Source: Elusimicrobiota bacterium (GTDB lineage Bacteria; Elusimicrobiota; Elusimicrobia; Elusimicrobiales; UBA9959). Taken from it: 64,000 nucleotides of DNA. How positions within the stretch are numbered: position 1 is the stretch's first letter; every line of letters starts with the position of its first letter. Location: NCBI GenBank assembly GCA_027340875.1, contig DAIENX010000007.1:32001-96000 (forward strand), read 5' to 3'. The notes under the pieces were generated by a model, which did no database searches, was not told the DNA's origin, and worked only from the letters and a program-made list of their open reading frames with translations. This document shows, one piece after another, positions 26,359-38,088 of the stretch. Both the position numbers and the translations under genes were made by a program.

Positions 26359-28365
26359 ATGCGGGACCAGGGGCGATATCCTCAGCTCCTTTTCAGCGCC
26401 ACCGCCTTTCTGGGCTCCTTCCTGCTGTTCCAGCTGGAGCTGCTGGCCGGCTCCGCCGTGCTGCCGCTGTTCGGCGGCGGCTACTACGTCTGGACCGTCT
26501 GCCTGCTGTTCTACCAGGCCGTGCTCGTCGCCGGCTACGCCTATGCGCTGCTGCTCTCCGAGAGACTGCCTGGCCGGCGGCTTCTTTCCCTGCACCTGGC
26601 GCTGCTGGCCGCGGCGCTGGCGCTGTTCTCCGGGCGCTTCCACGGCCAGGTGCTGGCCGCGCCGATAGGGGACCTGCTGGCGCGGCTCGCCCTCTTCATA
26701 GGCCTGCCGTTCCTGGTCCTATCCGCGTCCACGACGCTCTGCCACCGGCTGCTGGCCGAGACAGGCAGCCGCAGCCCGTTCAGGGTCTTCGCGTGGTCCA
26801 ACGCCGGGTCGCTGGCCGGCATGCTCTCCTTCTCGCTGCTCGTCGAGCCGCGCCTGGCCGCGCCGCAGACGGTGCACCTATGGCGCTGGCTGTTCGGCGG
26901 CTACATACTGCTGCTGCTCGCCGCGCGCGCGGCCTTCACGTATTCCCCGGCACCGCCGACCCCTCCGGCGGGAACAGAGCGCCCCCGCTGGGCGCTCTGG
27001 CTGGCGCTGCCGGCGGCCACCTCCGCCATGCTCGCCGCCGTCACCAGCTACCAGAGCTCGGCCACGGCTTCGATGCCGCTGACCTGGATGATACCGCTGT
27101 CGGCCTACCTGTTCTCGTATGCACTGCTGTTCTCCGGCCGCGAATTCCGGACCGGCACCCTGCGCTTCTTCCTCTTCGGACTGCTTGCCGTCCTGCTGTT
27201 CCTGTTGTGGCGGATGCAGGCCCCGGTCAGCACCGCGCTGGTGGCCCTGCTGAACTGGGCGCTTCTCTTCGTCTGCGTGGCCGCGCACCGCGAGCTCTAC
27301 GGGGCCAGGCCGCGCGACCCGGCGCTGGCCCCGCGCTTCTACCTCGCGATGGGCCTCGGCGGCGTACTGGGCACGGCGCTGGTCACGCCTGCAGGGGCTT
27401 TGCGCTTCGGCTACGGCTTCGCCGACCTCTATATAGCCGCGGCCGCCCTGATCGGCGCGATGTCGTACGCCGCCGGCCGGCAGAAAGGGTTCGGAGGACG
27501 CGCCGCGCTGGCCTCGCTGCTGCTCTTGGGGGCGATAGTCTGGGGCGGGGCGAAGGTCTCCGGCGAATCCACGGTCTTCGCGCTGCGCAACTTCTACGGC
27601 ATGTACCGCGTGGAGGAGGACAGGGCCGCCGGCATACGCCGCTTCGTGCACGGCGCCACCGTGCACGGCATACAGCGCATCTCCGGCGGCGCCGAGGGCC
27701 AGGCCACCACCTACTACGCGGCCGGCTCCCCTATCAGCGAGGTGCTGAACTCCTTCCCGGCCGAGCGCGTGGGGGCCGTGGGGCTGGGGATCGGGGTGAG
27801 TTGCGCGGACGCGAAGCCCGGCACCGAGTGGACCTTCTACGAGCTGGACCCGGACGTCGAGATGATAGCCAGTAAATACTTCTCGTTCCTGCCGCGCTGC
27901 CGGGCGAAGGTCTCGGTGATCACCGGCGACGCGAGGGTGAACCTGGCCAAGGCTCCCCCTGGCTGCTACGATCTGCTCTACCTCGACGCCTTCACCGGCG
28001 GCGCCGTCCCGTTCCATCTGCTGACAAAGGAAGCGCTGGAACTCTATAAGGAGAAGCTGAAGCCGGGCGGGCTGATGGTCTTCCATGTCTCCGCCAACTT
28101 CCTGGACATCTCGCCGGTGATAGCCATGTCAGCGGAAGCGGCCGGCCTGCGGAGCCTCTACAAGGAGATCTCCTACGACCCCTCGGACCCGGCCCGCCTG
28201 AGCTCCGAATGGCTGGCCGTGACGGATGATCCGTCCCACCTTCGGACGCTGAGGGCCAGCGGCTGGACCGCGGCTTCGGTGCCGCAGGGCTGGCGGGTCT
28301 GGACCGACGACTACCGCGACGTGCTGAAAGCCCTGAAATTCCGACCCGGCCCGTTGCGGCCGTAA
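26359..28365 (+). CDS. Membrane protein fused to a spermidine synthase-like SAM-dependent domain
   Basis: Multiple TM segments, then RNFYG, HG.T.HG.Q, VGLGIG, YELDP, GDAR, DAF, WTDDY. Confidence 0.85.
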   Translation: MRDQGRYPQLLFSATAFLGSFLLFQLELLAGSAVLPLFGGGYYVWTVCLLFYQAVLVAGYAYALLLSERLPGRRLLSLHLALLAAALALFSGRFHGQVLAAPIGDLLARLALFIGLPFLVLSASTTLCHRLLAETGSRSPFRVFAWSNAGSLAGMLSFSLLVEPRLAAPQTVHLWRWLFGGYILLLLAARAAFTYSPAPPTPPAGTERPRWALWLALPAATSAMLAAVTSYQSSATASMPLTWMIPLSAYLFSYALLFSGREFRTGTLRFFLFGLLAVLLFLLWRMQAPVSTALVALLNWALLFVCVAAHRELYGARPRDPALAPRFYLAMGLGGVLGTALVTPAGALRFGYGFADLYIAAAALIGAMSYAAGRQKGFGGRAALASLLLLGAIVWGGAKVSGESTVFALRNFYGMYRVEEDRAAGIRRFVHGATVHGIQRISGGAEGQATTYYAAGSPISEVLNSFPAERVGAVGLGIGVSCADAKPGTEWTFYELDPDVEMIASKYFSFLPRCRAKVSVITGDARVNLAKAPPGCYDLLYLDAFTGGAVPFHLLTKEALELYKEKLKPGGLMVFHVSANFLDISPVIAMSAEAAGLRSLYKEISYDPSDPARLSSEWLAVTDDPSHLRTLRASGWTAASVPQGWRVWTDDYRDVLKALKFRPGPLRP

Positions 28366-28443
28366 TCCCCCATATTTAGTAGAATAATAAGATTGACGGG
28401 CCGCGCGGCCGGTCCGCGCTATCCGTTTTCTTTGAGGACACTT

Positions 28444-29514
28444 ATGGCTGACAAAGAGAAGAAACTGAGGTTCGGCGTCGTAGGCGCCGGCAAACTGGGC
28501 GGCTTCCATACACGCACCCTTTCGACCATGCCCGAAGTGGAGCTGGTCGGGGTCTCCGACCCCAACCTGCTGCGGGCCCAGGTGCTGGCCTGGCGCCACA
28601 ACTGCGTGGCCTATAAGACCGTGGAGGAGCTGCTCAACCAGGTGGACGCGCTGGTGATAGCCGCCCCCACCGAATACCACGCCGAACTGGGCGTGAAGGC
28701 CCTGTCGGCAGGCGTGCACGTGCTGATGGAGAAACCGATAACGAATTCCGAGGAGGGCGCCCGCAAGCTGCTGGACCTCTCCGAGAAGAACAAGGTGGTC
28801 CTGCAGGTTGGGCACTCCGAGCGCTTCAACGCGGCCGTCGTGGAAACGATGAAGCACGTCAAGAACCCGCGCTACGTCACGATAGAGCGCCTCGGGCCGT
28901 ACGACCCGCGCGTGGCCGCCACCGGCGTCACGCTGGACCTGATGATCCACGACCTTGACATCATCCTCACGATGATAGACTCCGAGATAGAGTCCTTCGA
29001 GGCCATCGGGGCCAGCATGCTGTCCAACCACGAGGACATCTCCAACGTGCGCCTGAAGTTCCGGAACGGCTGCGTGGCGGACATCACGGCCAGCCGCGCC
29101 ACGATGGAAGCCTCCCGTCGCATGCGCATCTACCAGCAGGACGCCTACATCTCGGTGGACTACGTCAGCTCCCGGCTCAAGATCTACACGAAGAAGAACC
29201 CCGTGATAAAATCGCTGCGCGACATAGAGATCACCTACCCTAAGTTCGCGCCGAAACAGCCGATCCGCGAGGAGCTGTACCATTTCATAGACTGCATCAA
29301 GACCTCCAAGACCCCGACGCCCAGCGGCGAGAAGGGCCTGAAGGCGCTGCGGCTGGCGCTCGACATCACCGACAAGATGCGCCGCTTCGAGGTCTCCGGC
29401 TCCAAGACCGAGCAGTCTCCCGAGTCCATCTCGGGAACGCTGGCCGACATAGGCAAGGTCACCAAGGTCCTGGTGGAGGAAAGCCTCAAGAACGCCGGGA
29501 TAGACAAGCACTAG
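28444..29514 (+). CDS. Gfo/Idh/MocA oxidoreductase (GnnA-like UDP-GlcNAc 3-dehydrogenase candidate)
   Basis: GVVGAGKLG, EKP, VGHSERFN, DLMIHDLD; directly upstream of lpxB. Confidence 0.8.
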   Translation: MADKEKKLRFGVVGAGKLGGFHTRTLSTMPEVELVGVSDPNLLRAQVLAWRHNCVAYKTVEELLNQVDALVIAAPTEYHAELGVKALSAGVHVLMEKPITNSEEGARKLLDLSEKNKVVLQVGHSERFNAAVVETMKHVKNPRYVTIERLGPYDPRVAATGVTLDLMIHDLDIILTMIDSEIESFEAIGASMLSNHEDISNVRLKFRNGCVADITASRATMEASRRMRIYQQDAYISVDYVSSRLKIYTKKNPVIKSLRDIEITYPKFAPKQPIREELYHFIDCIKTSKTPTPSGEKGLKALRLALDITDKMRRFEVSGSKTEQSPESISGTLADIGKVTKVLVEESLKNAGIDKH

Positions 29515-29534
29515 CCGGAGCGCCCTACTCAACC

Positions 29535-30679
29535 ATGGCCAAGATAGCACCCTCGAACAAGAACATTCTGGTGGTTGCAGGCGACCCCTCCGGCGACCTG
29601 CACGCCGCCAACCTGATACGCGCCCTGCAGGCCAAAGACCCGGAGATCACCGTCACCGGCATAGGCGGAGTGCGGATGCAGGAGGTCTCAACCCACTTCA
29701 TCTACAACCTGGTCTCGGTCGGCGCCGTGGGCTTCTCGGAACCGTTCAAGCACTTCTTCCTGTGGCTAAAGCTGATCAAGCTGGTCAGGCGCTACATGGA
29801 GGAGCGGCGCCCGGCCTGCGTGATAGCGGTGGACTTCTACGGCTTCAACCACCAGGTGCTGGGCCTGGCCGCCCACCGCAAGATCCCCGCGTTCTACTAC
29901 ATAAGCCCGCAGGTCTGGGCCAGCCGCGCCGGCCGGGCCGCCAAGATCGCCAAGCTGACCAAGGAGATCTTCGTGATCTTCCCGTTCGAGGAGGAGCTCT
30001 ACAGGAAGGCCGGCGGCAACCCTTCCTTCGTCGGCCACCCGCTGCTGGACATCATGCCGGAGCCGGAGAAGCGCGAGGGCCTGCCCCCCGGAGGAGAGCT
30101 GCGCATCGGCATACTGCCTGGCTCGCGCAAGACCGAGATCTACCGCCACCTGCCGCTGTTCGTCAAGGCGTTCTACCGCATAAAGGAGCAGCACCCGAAG
30201 GCCCGCGCCTACCTGTTCGCCGTGCCGGAATTCCCGGACGAGGCGATGGTGCCGGCGCTCGAGGAAGCCGAGAAGTACTGGTCCAAGGACGTCGAGATAG
30301 TCCGCGAGAAGGACTACCGCGAGCGCGCCAAGCTCGACTTCGCCTTCACCTGCTCCGGCACGGCCACGCTCGAGAACGCGCTGCTCGGCGTGCCGATGGC
30401 CGTCGCCTACAAGATGCAGAAGCTCACCTACGAGGTGGCAAAGCTAGTCGTCAAGACGCCGTATATCTCGCTGGTCAACATCCTGCTGAAGCGCCCCGCC
30501 GTCAAGGAGCTGATACAGGACAAGGCCACGGTCGACAACCTGGCCCAGGAGGCCTTCGCCTACATCAACAACCCGCCGCGCATGCAGGCGGCCCGCAAGG
30601 AGCTGATAGCGATGCGCTCCCTGCTGGGCGAGCGCGGGGCCGCGCGCCGCGCGGCCGACAAGATCCTGGCGCACCTTTC

Positions 30680-30683
<4 letters not shown>
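29535..30683 (+). CDS. lpxB: Lipid-A-disaccharide synthase
   Basis: AGDPSGDLH, SPQVWA, FPFE, VGHPL, LPGSR..E, SGTATLE. Confidence 0.95.
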
Positions 30684-32446
<1,763 letters not shown>

Positions 32447-32452
32447 TCCATT

Positions 32453-33175
32453 ATGGTCATCCTCTTCAGCATCCTGGCGGTAGTTTTCACCATGGCGGGA
32501 GCGGCGGCCGTGCTGAAGCTGGGCGGTTTCAGCAGGACTTTCCTGGCGCGCGCGCTGGCCTACGCCGCGGGCGTGCTGATCTCGGTGGCGCTGCTCGACA
32601 TCCTCCCGGCCGGCTTCGGCTTCGACGCGCAGGCGCTCTCCTACGGTGCGCTGGCCGGGCTGCTCGCCCTGTTCACGCTCGAGACCTTCGCCGCCCACAG
32701 CTCCTGCAGCGAGTTCATGGAGGACTGCCATGTCCACGACATAGGCGCCTTCGCGCTGGCGGCGATGGGCCTGCACTCCCTGCTGGACGGTTTCAATATC
32801 GCCGTGGGCTTCTCCTCCGGCTCGGCGGCCGGCTTCAACGTGGCGCTGGGCGTGATCCTGCACAAGTTCGCGGACGGCGTCACGCTGGTCTCGCTGCTGC
32901 TGCACGCCGGCCGTACGCCGCGCAAAGCCCTGGTCTTCAGCCTGTGGCTGGCCGCGGCCACCCCCTTCGGGGCGCTGGTCGCCGCGCCGCTGCTGCGGGC
33001 CCTGCCCGCGGGGGCCGAAGCTTTCGCGCTCGGCCTCTCCGGCGGCTCGTTCCTCTATATCGCGATGGCCGACATCCTGCCCGAGCTGCACCGTCACGAC
33101 GACAAGTTCGCGCGCCTGATCTACCCGGCCGGCTACCTGACCGTATACCTCATCAAGAAACTGGGAGCGCATTGA
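32453..33175 (+). CDS. ZIP family metal transporter
   Basis: LHSLLDG, VILHKFADG, FLYIAMADILPE. Confidence 0.9.
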   Translation: MVILFSILAVVFTMAGAAAVLKLGGFSRTFLARALAYAAGVLISVALLDILPAGFGFDAQALSYGALAGLLALFTLETFAAHSSCSEFMEDCHVHDIGAFALAAMGLHSLLDGFNIAVGFSSGSAAGFNVALGVILHKFADGVTLVSLLLHAGRTPRKALVFSLWLAAATPFGALVAAPLLRALPAGAEAFALGLSGGSFLYIAMADILPELHRHDDKFARLIYPAGYLTVYLIKKLGAH

Positions 33176-33176
33176 C

Positions 33177-34619
33177 ATGGAACTGGACGAACTGCTGAAG
33201 AAATTCCGGGAATACTCCTCGCAGGACACCACCGTCCTGGAATACGCCTGGAACTACTCCTGCGAGGCGCACCAGGACCAGAAGCGCGCCTCCGGCGAGA
33301 AGTATTTCGTCCACTGCGCGGCCGTGGCCGAGATCCTCGTGGACTACAAGATGGACCTCGAGACCGTGGCGGCGGGACTGCTGCACGACGTGCTCGAGGA
33401 CACGAAGATACCGCACGAGACCTTCAAGAAGGAGTTCGGCGACGAGATATACGCGCTCGTGGCCGGCGTGACCAAGATCGAGACCCTCAAGTTCTCCTCC
33501 CGCGACGAGGCCCAGGCCGAGAACTGGCGCAAGATGATCCTGGCCACCGCGAAGGACATCCGCGTGATCGTGATAAAGCTGGCCGACCGCCTGCACAACA
33601 TGCGCACGTTGAACTTCATGCCTAAGGAAAAGCGCCTCGAGATCAGTCACGAAACCCTCTCCCTCTACGCCCCGCTCGCGCAGCGGCTGGGCATCTTCCA
33701 TCTGAAATCGGAACTCGAGGACCTGTCGTTCAAGTACCTGCATCCCGACGAGTACCAGAGCCTGCTGACCAAGGTGCAGCTGCGCTACGCCAAGCGCGAG
33801 AAGCTGCTGGACGATTTCCGCGCCGAGCTGGAGAAGCACCTAAATGGCGCCAACGTGCCCTTCCGGGTCCTCTCCCGCGCGAAGAACCTATATTCCATCT
33901 ACCGCAAGATGCTGCGCCAGGCTAAGCCGTTCGAGGAGATCCAGGACGCGCTCGGCGTACGCGTGATCACCGACACGGTGCTCAACTGCTACGCGCTGCT
34001 CGGCACCGTCCACTCCGTCTTCAAACCGGTGGCCGGCTCGTTCACCGACTATATCGCGGTCCCGAAGATGAACCTTTACCAGAGCCTGCACACCAGCGTG
34101 ATCGCGGCCTCCGGCGAGGTCATCGAGATCCAGATCCGCACCGAGGACATGCACCACACCTCGGAGTACGGCATCGCGGCGCACTGGCGCTACAAGATGG
34201 GCGACAAGGGAGCGGACCGCCACCTTGACGAGAAACTGAACTGGCTGCGGCAGTGGATGGAGTGGCTGCAGGACCTCTCCAGCCCGCGCGAGTTCATAGA
34301 AAGCTTCAAGACCGACCTCGAGCTGGACCAGATCTTCATCTTCACGCCGAAGGGCGACGTGAAGCCGCTGCCGGTGGACGCCACGCCGATAGATTTCGCC
34401 TACGCGATACACACCGATGTGGGCAACACCTGCATAGGCGCCAAGGTCAACAACAAGATGGTCCGCCTGGACCACTCGCTCAAGAGCGGCGACATCTGCG
34501 AGATCATCACCCGCAAGAATTCCGCCCCGCGCAAGGACTGGCTCGGCGCCGTAAAGACGGCGGGCGCGCGCAGCCATATCCGCAAGTACCTGCGCGAGCA
34601 CGGCCAGTCGGAAGAGTAA
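33177..34619 (+). CDS. RelA/SpoT homolog (HD, synthetase, TGS) lacking the C-terminal ZFD/ACT region
   Basis: LLHDVLED, IKLADRLHNMRT, YQSLHT, EIQIRT, AAHWRYK, TPIDFAYAIHT; ends at 480 aa. Confidence 0.93.
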   Translation: MELDELLKKFREYSSQDTTVLEYAWNYSCEAHQDQKRASGEKYFVHCAAVAEILVDYKMDLETVAAGLLHDVLEDTKIPHETFKKEFGDEIYALVAGVTKIETLKFSSRDEAQAENWRKMILATAKDIRVIVIKLADRLHNMRTLNFMPKEKRLEISHETLSLYAPLAQRLGIFHLKSELEDLSFKYLHPDEYQSLLTKVQLRYAKREKLLDDFRAELEKHLNGANVPFRVLSRAKNLYSIYRKMLRQAKPFEEIQDALGVRVITDTVLNCYALLGTVHSVFKPVAGSFTDYIAVPKMNLYQSLHTSVIAASGEVIEIQIRTEDMHHTSEYGIAAHWRYKMGDKGADRHLDEKLNWLRQWMEWLQDLSSPREFIESFKTDLELDQIFIFTPKGDVKPLPVDATPIDFAYAIHTDVGNTCIGAKVNNKMVRLDHSLKSGDICEIITRKNSAPRKDWLGAVKTAGARSHIRKYLREHGQSEE

Positions 34620-34621
34620 CG

Positions 34622-34999
34622 GTGAACTTCCCGGAGCTCTCCGACATCACCCCGCAGAAGGCCGAAGCGCTCAAGGCGCGCATCGCGCGCCTCGCGATAG
34701 ACCTGCGCCTGGTGGAGGAGCAGTTCGTGCGCGGCGGCGGCAAGGGCGGCCAGAAGATAAACAAGACGGCCAATGCGGTGCTGCTGCGCTACGCGCCGCT
34801 GGGGCTGGTCGTCCGCTGCCAGCGCGAGCGCAAGCGCTCGCTCAACCGCTTCCTGGCCCTCAGGGAGCTCGTGGACGAGATAGAGCTGCGCGTCTCCCCG
34901 GGAACCTCGGAGCGCCTCAAAGAGATAGCCCGGATAAGGAAAAGAAAATCCCGCGCGCGGTCCAGGCGCGCGGGCGGAGGAGAAGGGGCCGGCATATAG
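34622..34999 (+). CDS. Short GGQ-motif peptide release factor-like protein (ribosome rescue type)
   Basis: FVRGGGKGGQKINKT and basic C-terminal tail; GTG start 2 bp after the RSH stop. Confidence 0.85.
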   Translation: MNFPELSDITPQKAEALKARIARLAIDLRLVEEQFVRGGGKGGQKINKTANAVLLRYAPLGLVVRCQRERKRSLNRFLALRELVDEIELRVSPGTSERLKEIARIRKRKSRARSRRAGGGEGAGI

Positions 35000-35008
35000 C
35001 CGGCCTCT

Positions 35009-36823
35009 TCATTTTGAGAATCTGCTGGCTTCCTTCTGGAACTTGACTATCAGCGGCGCATAGGCGCGCGCCGCCTTCTTCCCCTCTTCCCCGTATTCGG
35101 AGTCGAAAGCCTTCACGCCGCCCTTGTAAGCCTCCAGCGGCATTTCAAGCGTGCCGCTCGACGTGATGATGGCAGCGGTGTCCCAGGACGCGCAGGACAC
35201 GAAGGACCGCGGAGAAACGTCGAACAGGCTGCGTCCGCTGGAATAGTCGGACGGGGGGTTCTTTACGCCCAGCAACGGCATCAGCGTCGGCACTATATCC
35301 AGATGGCTCGTCATGGCCGAGGAGACCAGCGGTTTTCGGCCGGGCACGTACAGCACCAGCGGCACGCGCACCTCTTCCGGACTGTAGCCCTGGTTGTGGC
35401 CGTAACGGCCGCGCTCCAGGAAGGCCTCGCCGTGGTCTCCCAGCACCAGGATGACCGTGTCCTTCATCCCTCCGGTATCCGCTATCGTCTTCAGTATCTC
35501 CCCTGCCAAGCGATCGTCGTAGTAGACCGAGTTCTTGTACATGTTGAACAGCGGGCCGATATTGTCCCTGTTAAGGGCCAGGCGGTTCGCGTTAGCCGCG
35601 GGCCTGAACTTCTCTAATTCGGGCGGGTAGCCGTAAGCCCCGTGCGAGGCGTCGTAGAAGACGAAGGCGAAATACGGAGAACCCCGGCGGCGGGAGCGCA
35701 GGTAGGAGACGAACTCCTTAGTTATACGCCCGTCCCGGGCCACCACGTCGGCGCCGTCCGGATCGTCGTAGACGCCGCCTCTGGGGACCCTGGCGAAGGC
35801 GGTCTTATCGAACTCGGGAAAACTCAGCTTCGAACTGGCGTACAACCGGATGTCGTAGCCCTGAGCCTGCAGCTCGTCCATGAGCACCGGCGGGCGGCGC
35901 TCACCCAGCATGTCGAACCAGTAGTTGCCGTAGATGCCGTAGAAGATGGAGAAGATGCCGAACCTGGTGCAGTTGCCGCCGCTGTAGTGATCCGTGAAAA
36001 TGGCGCTCTTCTTCCCCAGCGCCCAGGTCTCCGGCATGATGTCCGGCTTCAGCATGTCCCGGCGCAGCGAGTCCACCACCAGGACCACGAAGTTCAGCGG
36101 CCTGGCCGGCCGCTCCGCCCGCAGCGGGACCAGCGGGTAGGCCAACCCTGAGTAACGCTTGTCTATGCCGCCCCTGACCTCCGAGTCCAGTCTGACGCCC
36201 AGGTACTTATTGGCGAAACTCCGTATCCTCAGCGGCTGGTAGAGCGGGTAAAGCTGGGCGTTGCGGGTGATGTAGACCGAGTCGTACAGCGTGCCCCACG
36301 CGAAGAGACCTTTATCCGCCAGCACGAACAGCAACAAAACGGCGGCGGCCGTCCTGGCCGCGCGGCGGCTGAAGCCCGCCCGCACCCTTTCCGATAGCTT
36401 CCAGAGCGGCCGCTGCGCCGCCAGCATCGCGGCCGCCAGGAGAACGTAGAAGAGCTTCATGCCCCAGCCCTGTTCCAGCGAGTCGAGGCCTCCGGGGGTC
36501 AGGACCAGGTTGACCACCATCGAGTTCAGGTGGAACTTGAATATCTTGTATACGCCGGCGTCGGTGACCAGCAGCAGCTGGAAGAGGCCCAGCAGCGCGC
36601 CGGGCAGCGCCGGCCCGCGGCCGAGACGATACAGCAGCAGGGCCGGGACGGAGACGGCCGCGCAGAGCATCAGCGTATTGGAGACCAGCGCCACCGCCGC
36701 GAAGGCCAGCTCGAGCGGGTGCCGGCCCGCGAAGAGGAGGAAAAAGGAGGAGACGGCCAGGGACAGGCAGAAATTCAGGGCCAGGAAAGCCGTAAATCTG
36801 TTCAGGTCGCAGCTCTTTGTCAT
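35009..36823 (-). CDS. YejM/PbgA-like inner membrane protein with sulfatase-fold periplasmic domain
   Basis: About five N-terminal TM segments, VDSLR, HYSGGNCTRFGIFSIFYG, GDHGE, TSHLDIVPTL. Confidence 0.8.
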   Translation of the reverse strand: MTKSCDLNRFTAFLALNFCLSLAVSSFFLLFAGRHPLELAFAAVALVSNTLMLCAAVSVPALLLYRLGRGPALPGALLGLFQLLLVTDAGVYKIFKFHLNSMVVNLVLTPGGLDSLEQGWGMKLFYVLLAAAMLAAQRPLWKLSERVRAGFSRRAARTAAAVLLLFVLADKGLFAWGTLYDSVYITRNAQLYPLYQPLRIRSFANKYLGVRLDSEVRGGIDKRYSGLAYPLVPLRAERPARPLNFVVLVVDSLRRDMLKPDIMPETWALGKKSAIFTDHYSGGNCTRFGIFSIFYGIYGNYWFDMLGERRPPVLMDELQAQGYDIRLYASSKLSFPEFDKTAFARVPRGGVYDDPDGADVVARDGRITKEFVSYLRSRRRGSPYFAFVFYDASHGAYGYPPELEKFRPAANANRLALNRDNIGPLFNMYKNSVYYDDRLAGEILKTIADTGGMKDTVILVLGDHGEAFLERGRYGHNQGYSPEEVRVPLVLYVPGRKPLVSSAMTSHLDIVPTLMPLLGVKNPPSDYSSGRSLFDVSPRSFVSCASWDTAAIITSSGTLEMPLEAYKGGVKAFDSEYGEEGKKAARAYAPLIVKFQKEASRFSK

Positions 36824-36903
36824 CTTTTGGAAGTTGACCAAAATCAGTTGACAACGGTCAACACATCTGCTAGATTTTAGCCGAAACAGCGTAGCTATAT
36901 TAT

Positions 36904-38010
36904 ATGAAAATGGCAAAACCCGCGCTTTTCATCCTTGCCCTGCCTTTCCTGCTCTGCGGCCGCGCGGCCGCCATCGACCTGAACGCCACGCACGCGGCCG
37001 ACTTAGCGGCGCTGGCCTCGGACATGGACATGCCGGCCCCGCAGCCTCCGCTGGCCGGGGTACTGACCCAGGTGAACGGCATGGACCCGATAGTAATAAC
37101 GCTGCCCGGACTGAAGTTCTCGGAGATAGGCTGGGGGTCGGCCGACCTGGGGAATTTTCTCAAGCTCATCCGCAGGATCTTCCCCCACAGGGACCTGACC
37201 GAAGCGGACGAGGCCGGGACCGGCTTCGACGCGCGCTACTTTTTCCCCGAAGAGGACGAGGCCGGCCTGGAGGCCGAGCGGGAAGTGGTGCGCCTGCCGG
37301 ATAACTACCTCGAGCTCAAGCTGCAGGAGCTGCCCGGCTACGCGGACCACGACGTCATAGTAATACCCTTCACCTGGTCCAGGGACCCCGGGGACACCCG
37401 GAAGACGGTGCGCAGGCTGCAGGCGAAGATCATAGAGGTCTACGACAAATACAAGGACTCAGGCAGGCCGATCTACATCCTGGCCCACAGCTGGGGCTCG
37501 GTGCTGGCCCACACGGCGCTGCACCGGGTAGGGAAAAGGCGCGGCGACGTCCGCATAGACAAGCTGATCACCGTCGGCTCCCCGCTGGTGCCCTCCAACC
37601 CGGTGGTCAAGATGTTCCTGCGCTTCGAGGCCCTGAAAAGCGGCCTGGTCCGGAAGGTCAGGAAGCCGGCGGTAGTCGGCGTCTGGCGGAATATCTGGGC
37701 CATGCGCGACTCGTTCTCCAACGCCATCCCGGCGGCCGACTCCAACTATCAGGTAGACGCGGAAGTGGGCAACGTGGAACACAACCTGATCGACTTCATC
37801 CTTCACAACAAGCCGCTGCGGGCCGCCGCCAGGCGGGACCTTTTCACCATACGCAACGTGAAGACCTGGCATGGCTCCTATTTCTACGACTACAAGGCCG
37901 CGCTGAAGACGCTGAACCGCGAGATCTTCGTGCCGGTATTCCGCCCGGTCCTGGCCCCGCAGGTGGTGGACTGCGGCAAGGACCCCGCCTCTTTCATGTG
38001 CCCCATCTAG
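36904..38010 (+). CDS. Secreted alpha/beta-hydrolase-fold protein
   Basis: Signal peptide, ILAHSWGSV nucleophile elbow, LITVGSP. Confidence 0.7.
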   Translation: MKMAKPALFILALPFLLCGRAAAIDLNATHAADLAALASDMDMPAPQPPLAGVLTQVNGMDPIVITLPGLKFSEIGWGSADLGNFLKLIRRIFPHRDLTEADEAGTGFDARYFFPEEDEAGLEAEREVVRLPDNYLELKLQELPGYADHDVIVIPFTWSRDPGDTRKTVRRLQAKIIEVYDKYKDSGRPIYILAHSWGSVLAHTALHRVGKRRGDVRIDKLITVGSPLVPSNPVVKMFLRFEALKSGLVRKVRKPAVVGVWRNIWAMRDSFSNAIPAADSNYQVDAEVGNVEHNLIDFILHNKPLRAAARRDLFTIRNVKTWHGSYFYDYKAALKTLNREIFVPVFRPVLAPQVVDCGKDPASFMCPI

Positions 38011-38028
38011 CCGCCCCTCGGCGATCCC

Positions 38029-38058
38029 AAGGCCCGCCTCCCGGCGGGCCTTGTTTTT
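38029..38058 (+). terminator. Intrinsic terminator
   Basis: aaggcccgcc/ggcgggcctt hairpin followed by a T-run. Confidence 0.75.
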
Positions 38059-38088
38059 ATGGGCCCCCATATTTGCGATAATCTTAGT

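Noticed and set aside
33177..34619. RSH as a pseudogene
   Set aside because: Catalytic motifs are intact, the stop is clean, and no remnant of the missing domains follows.
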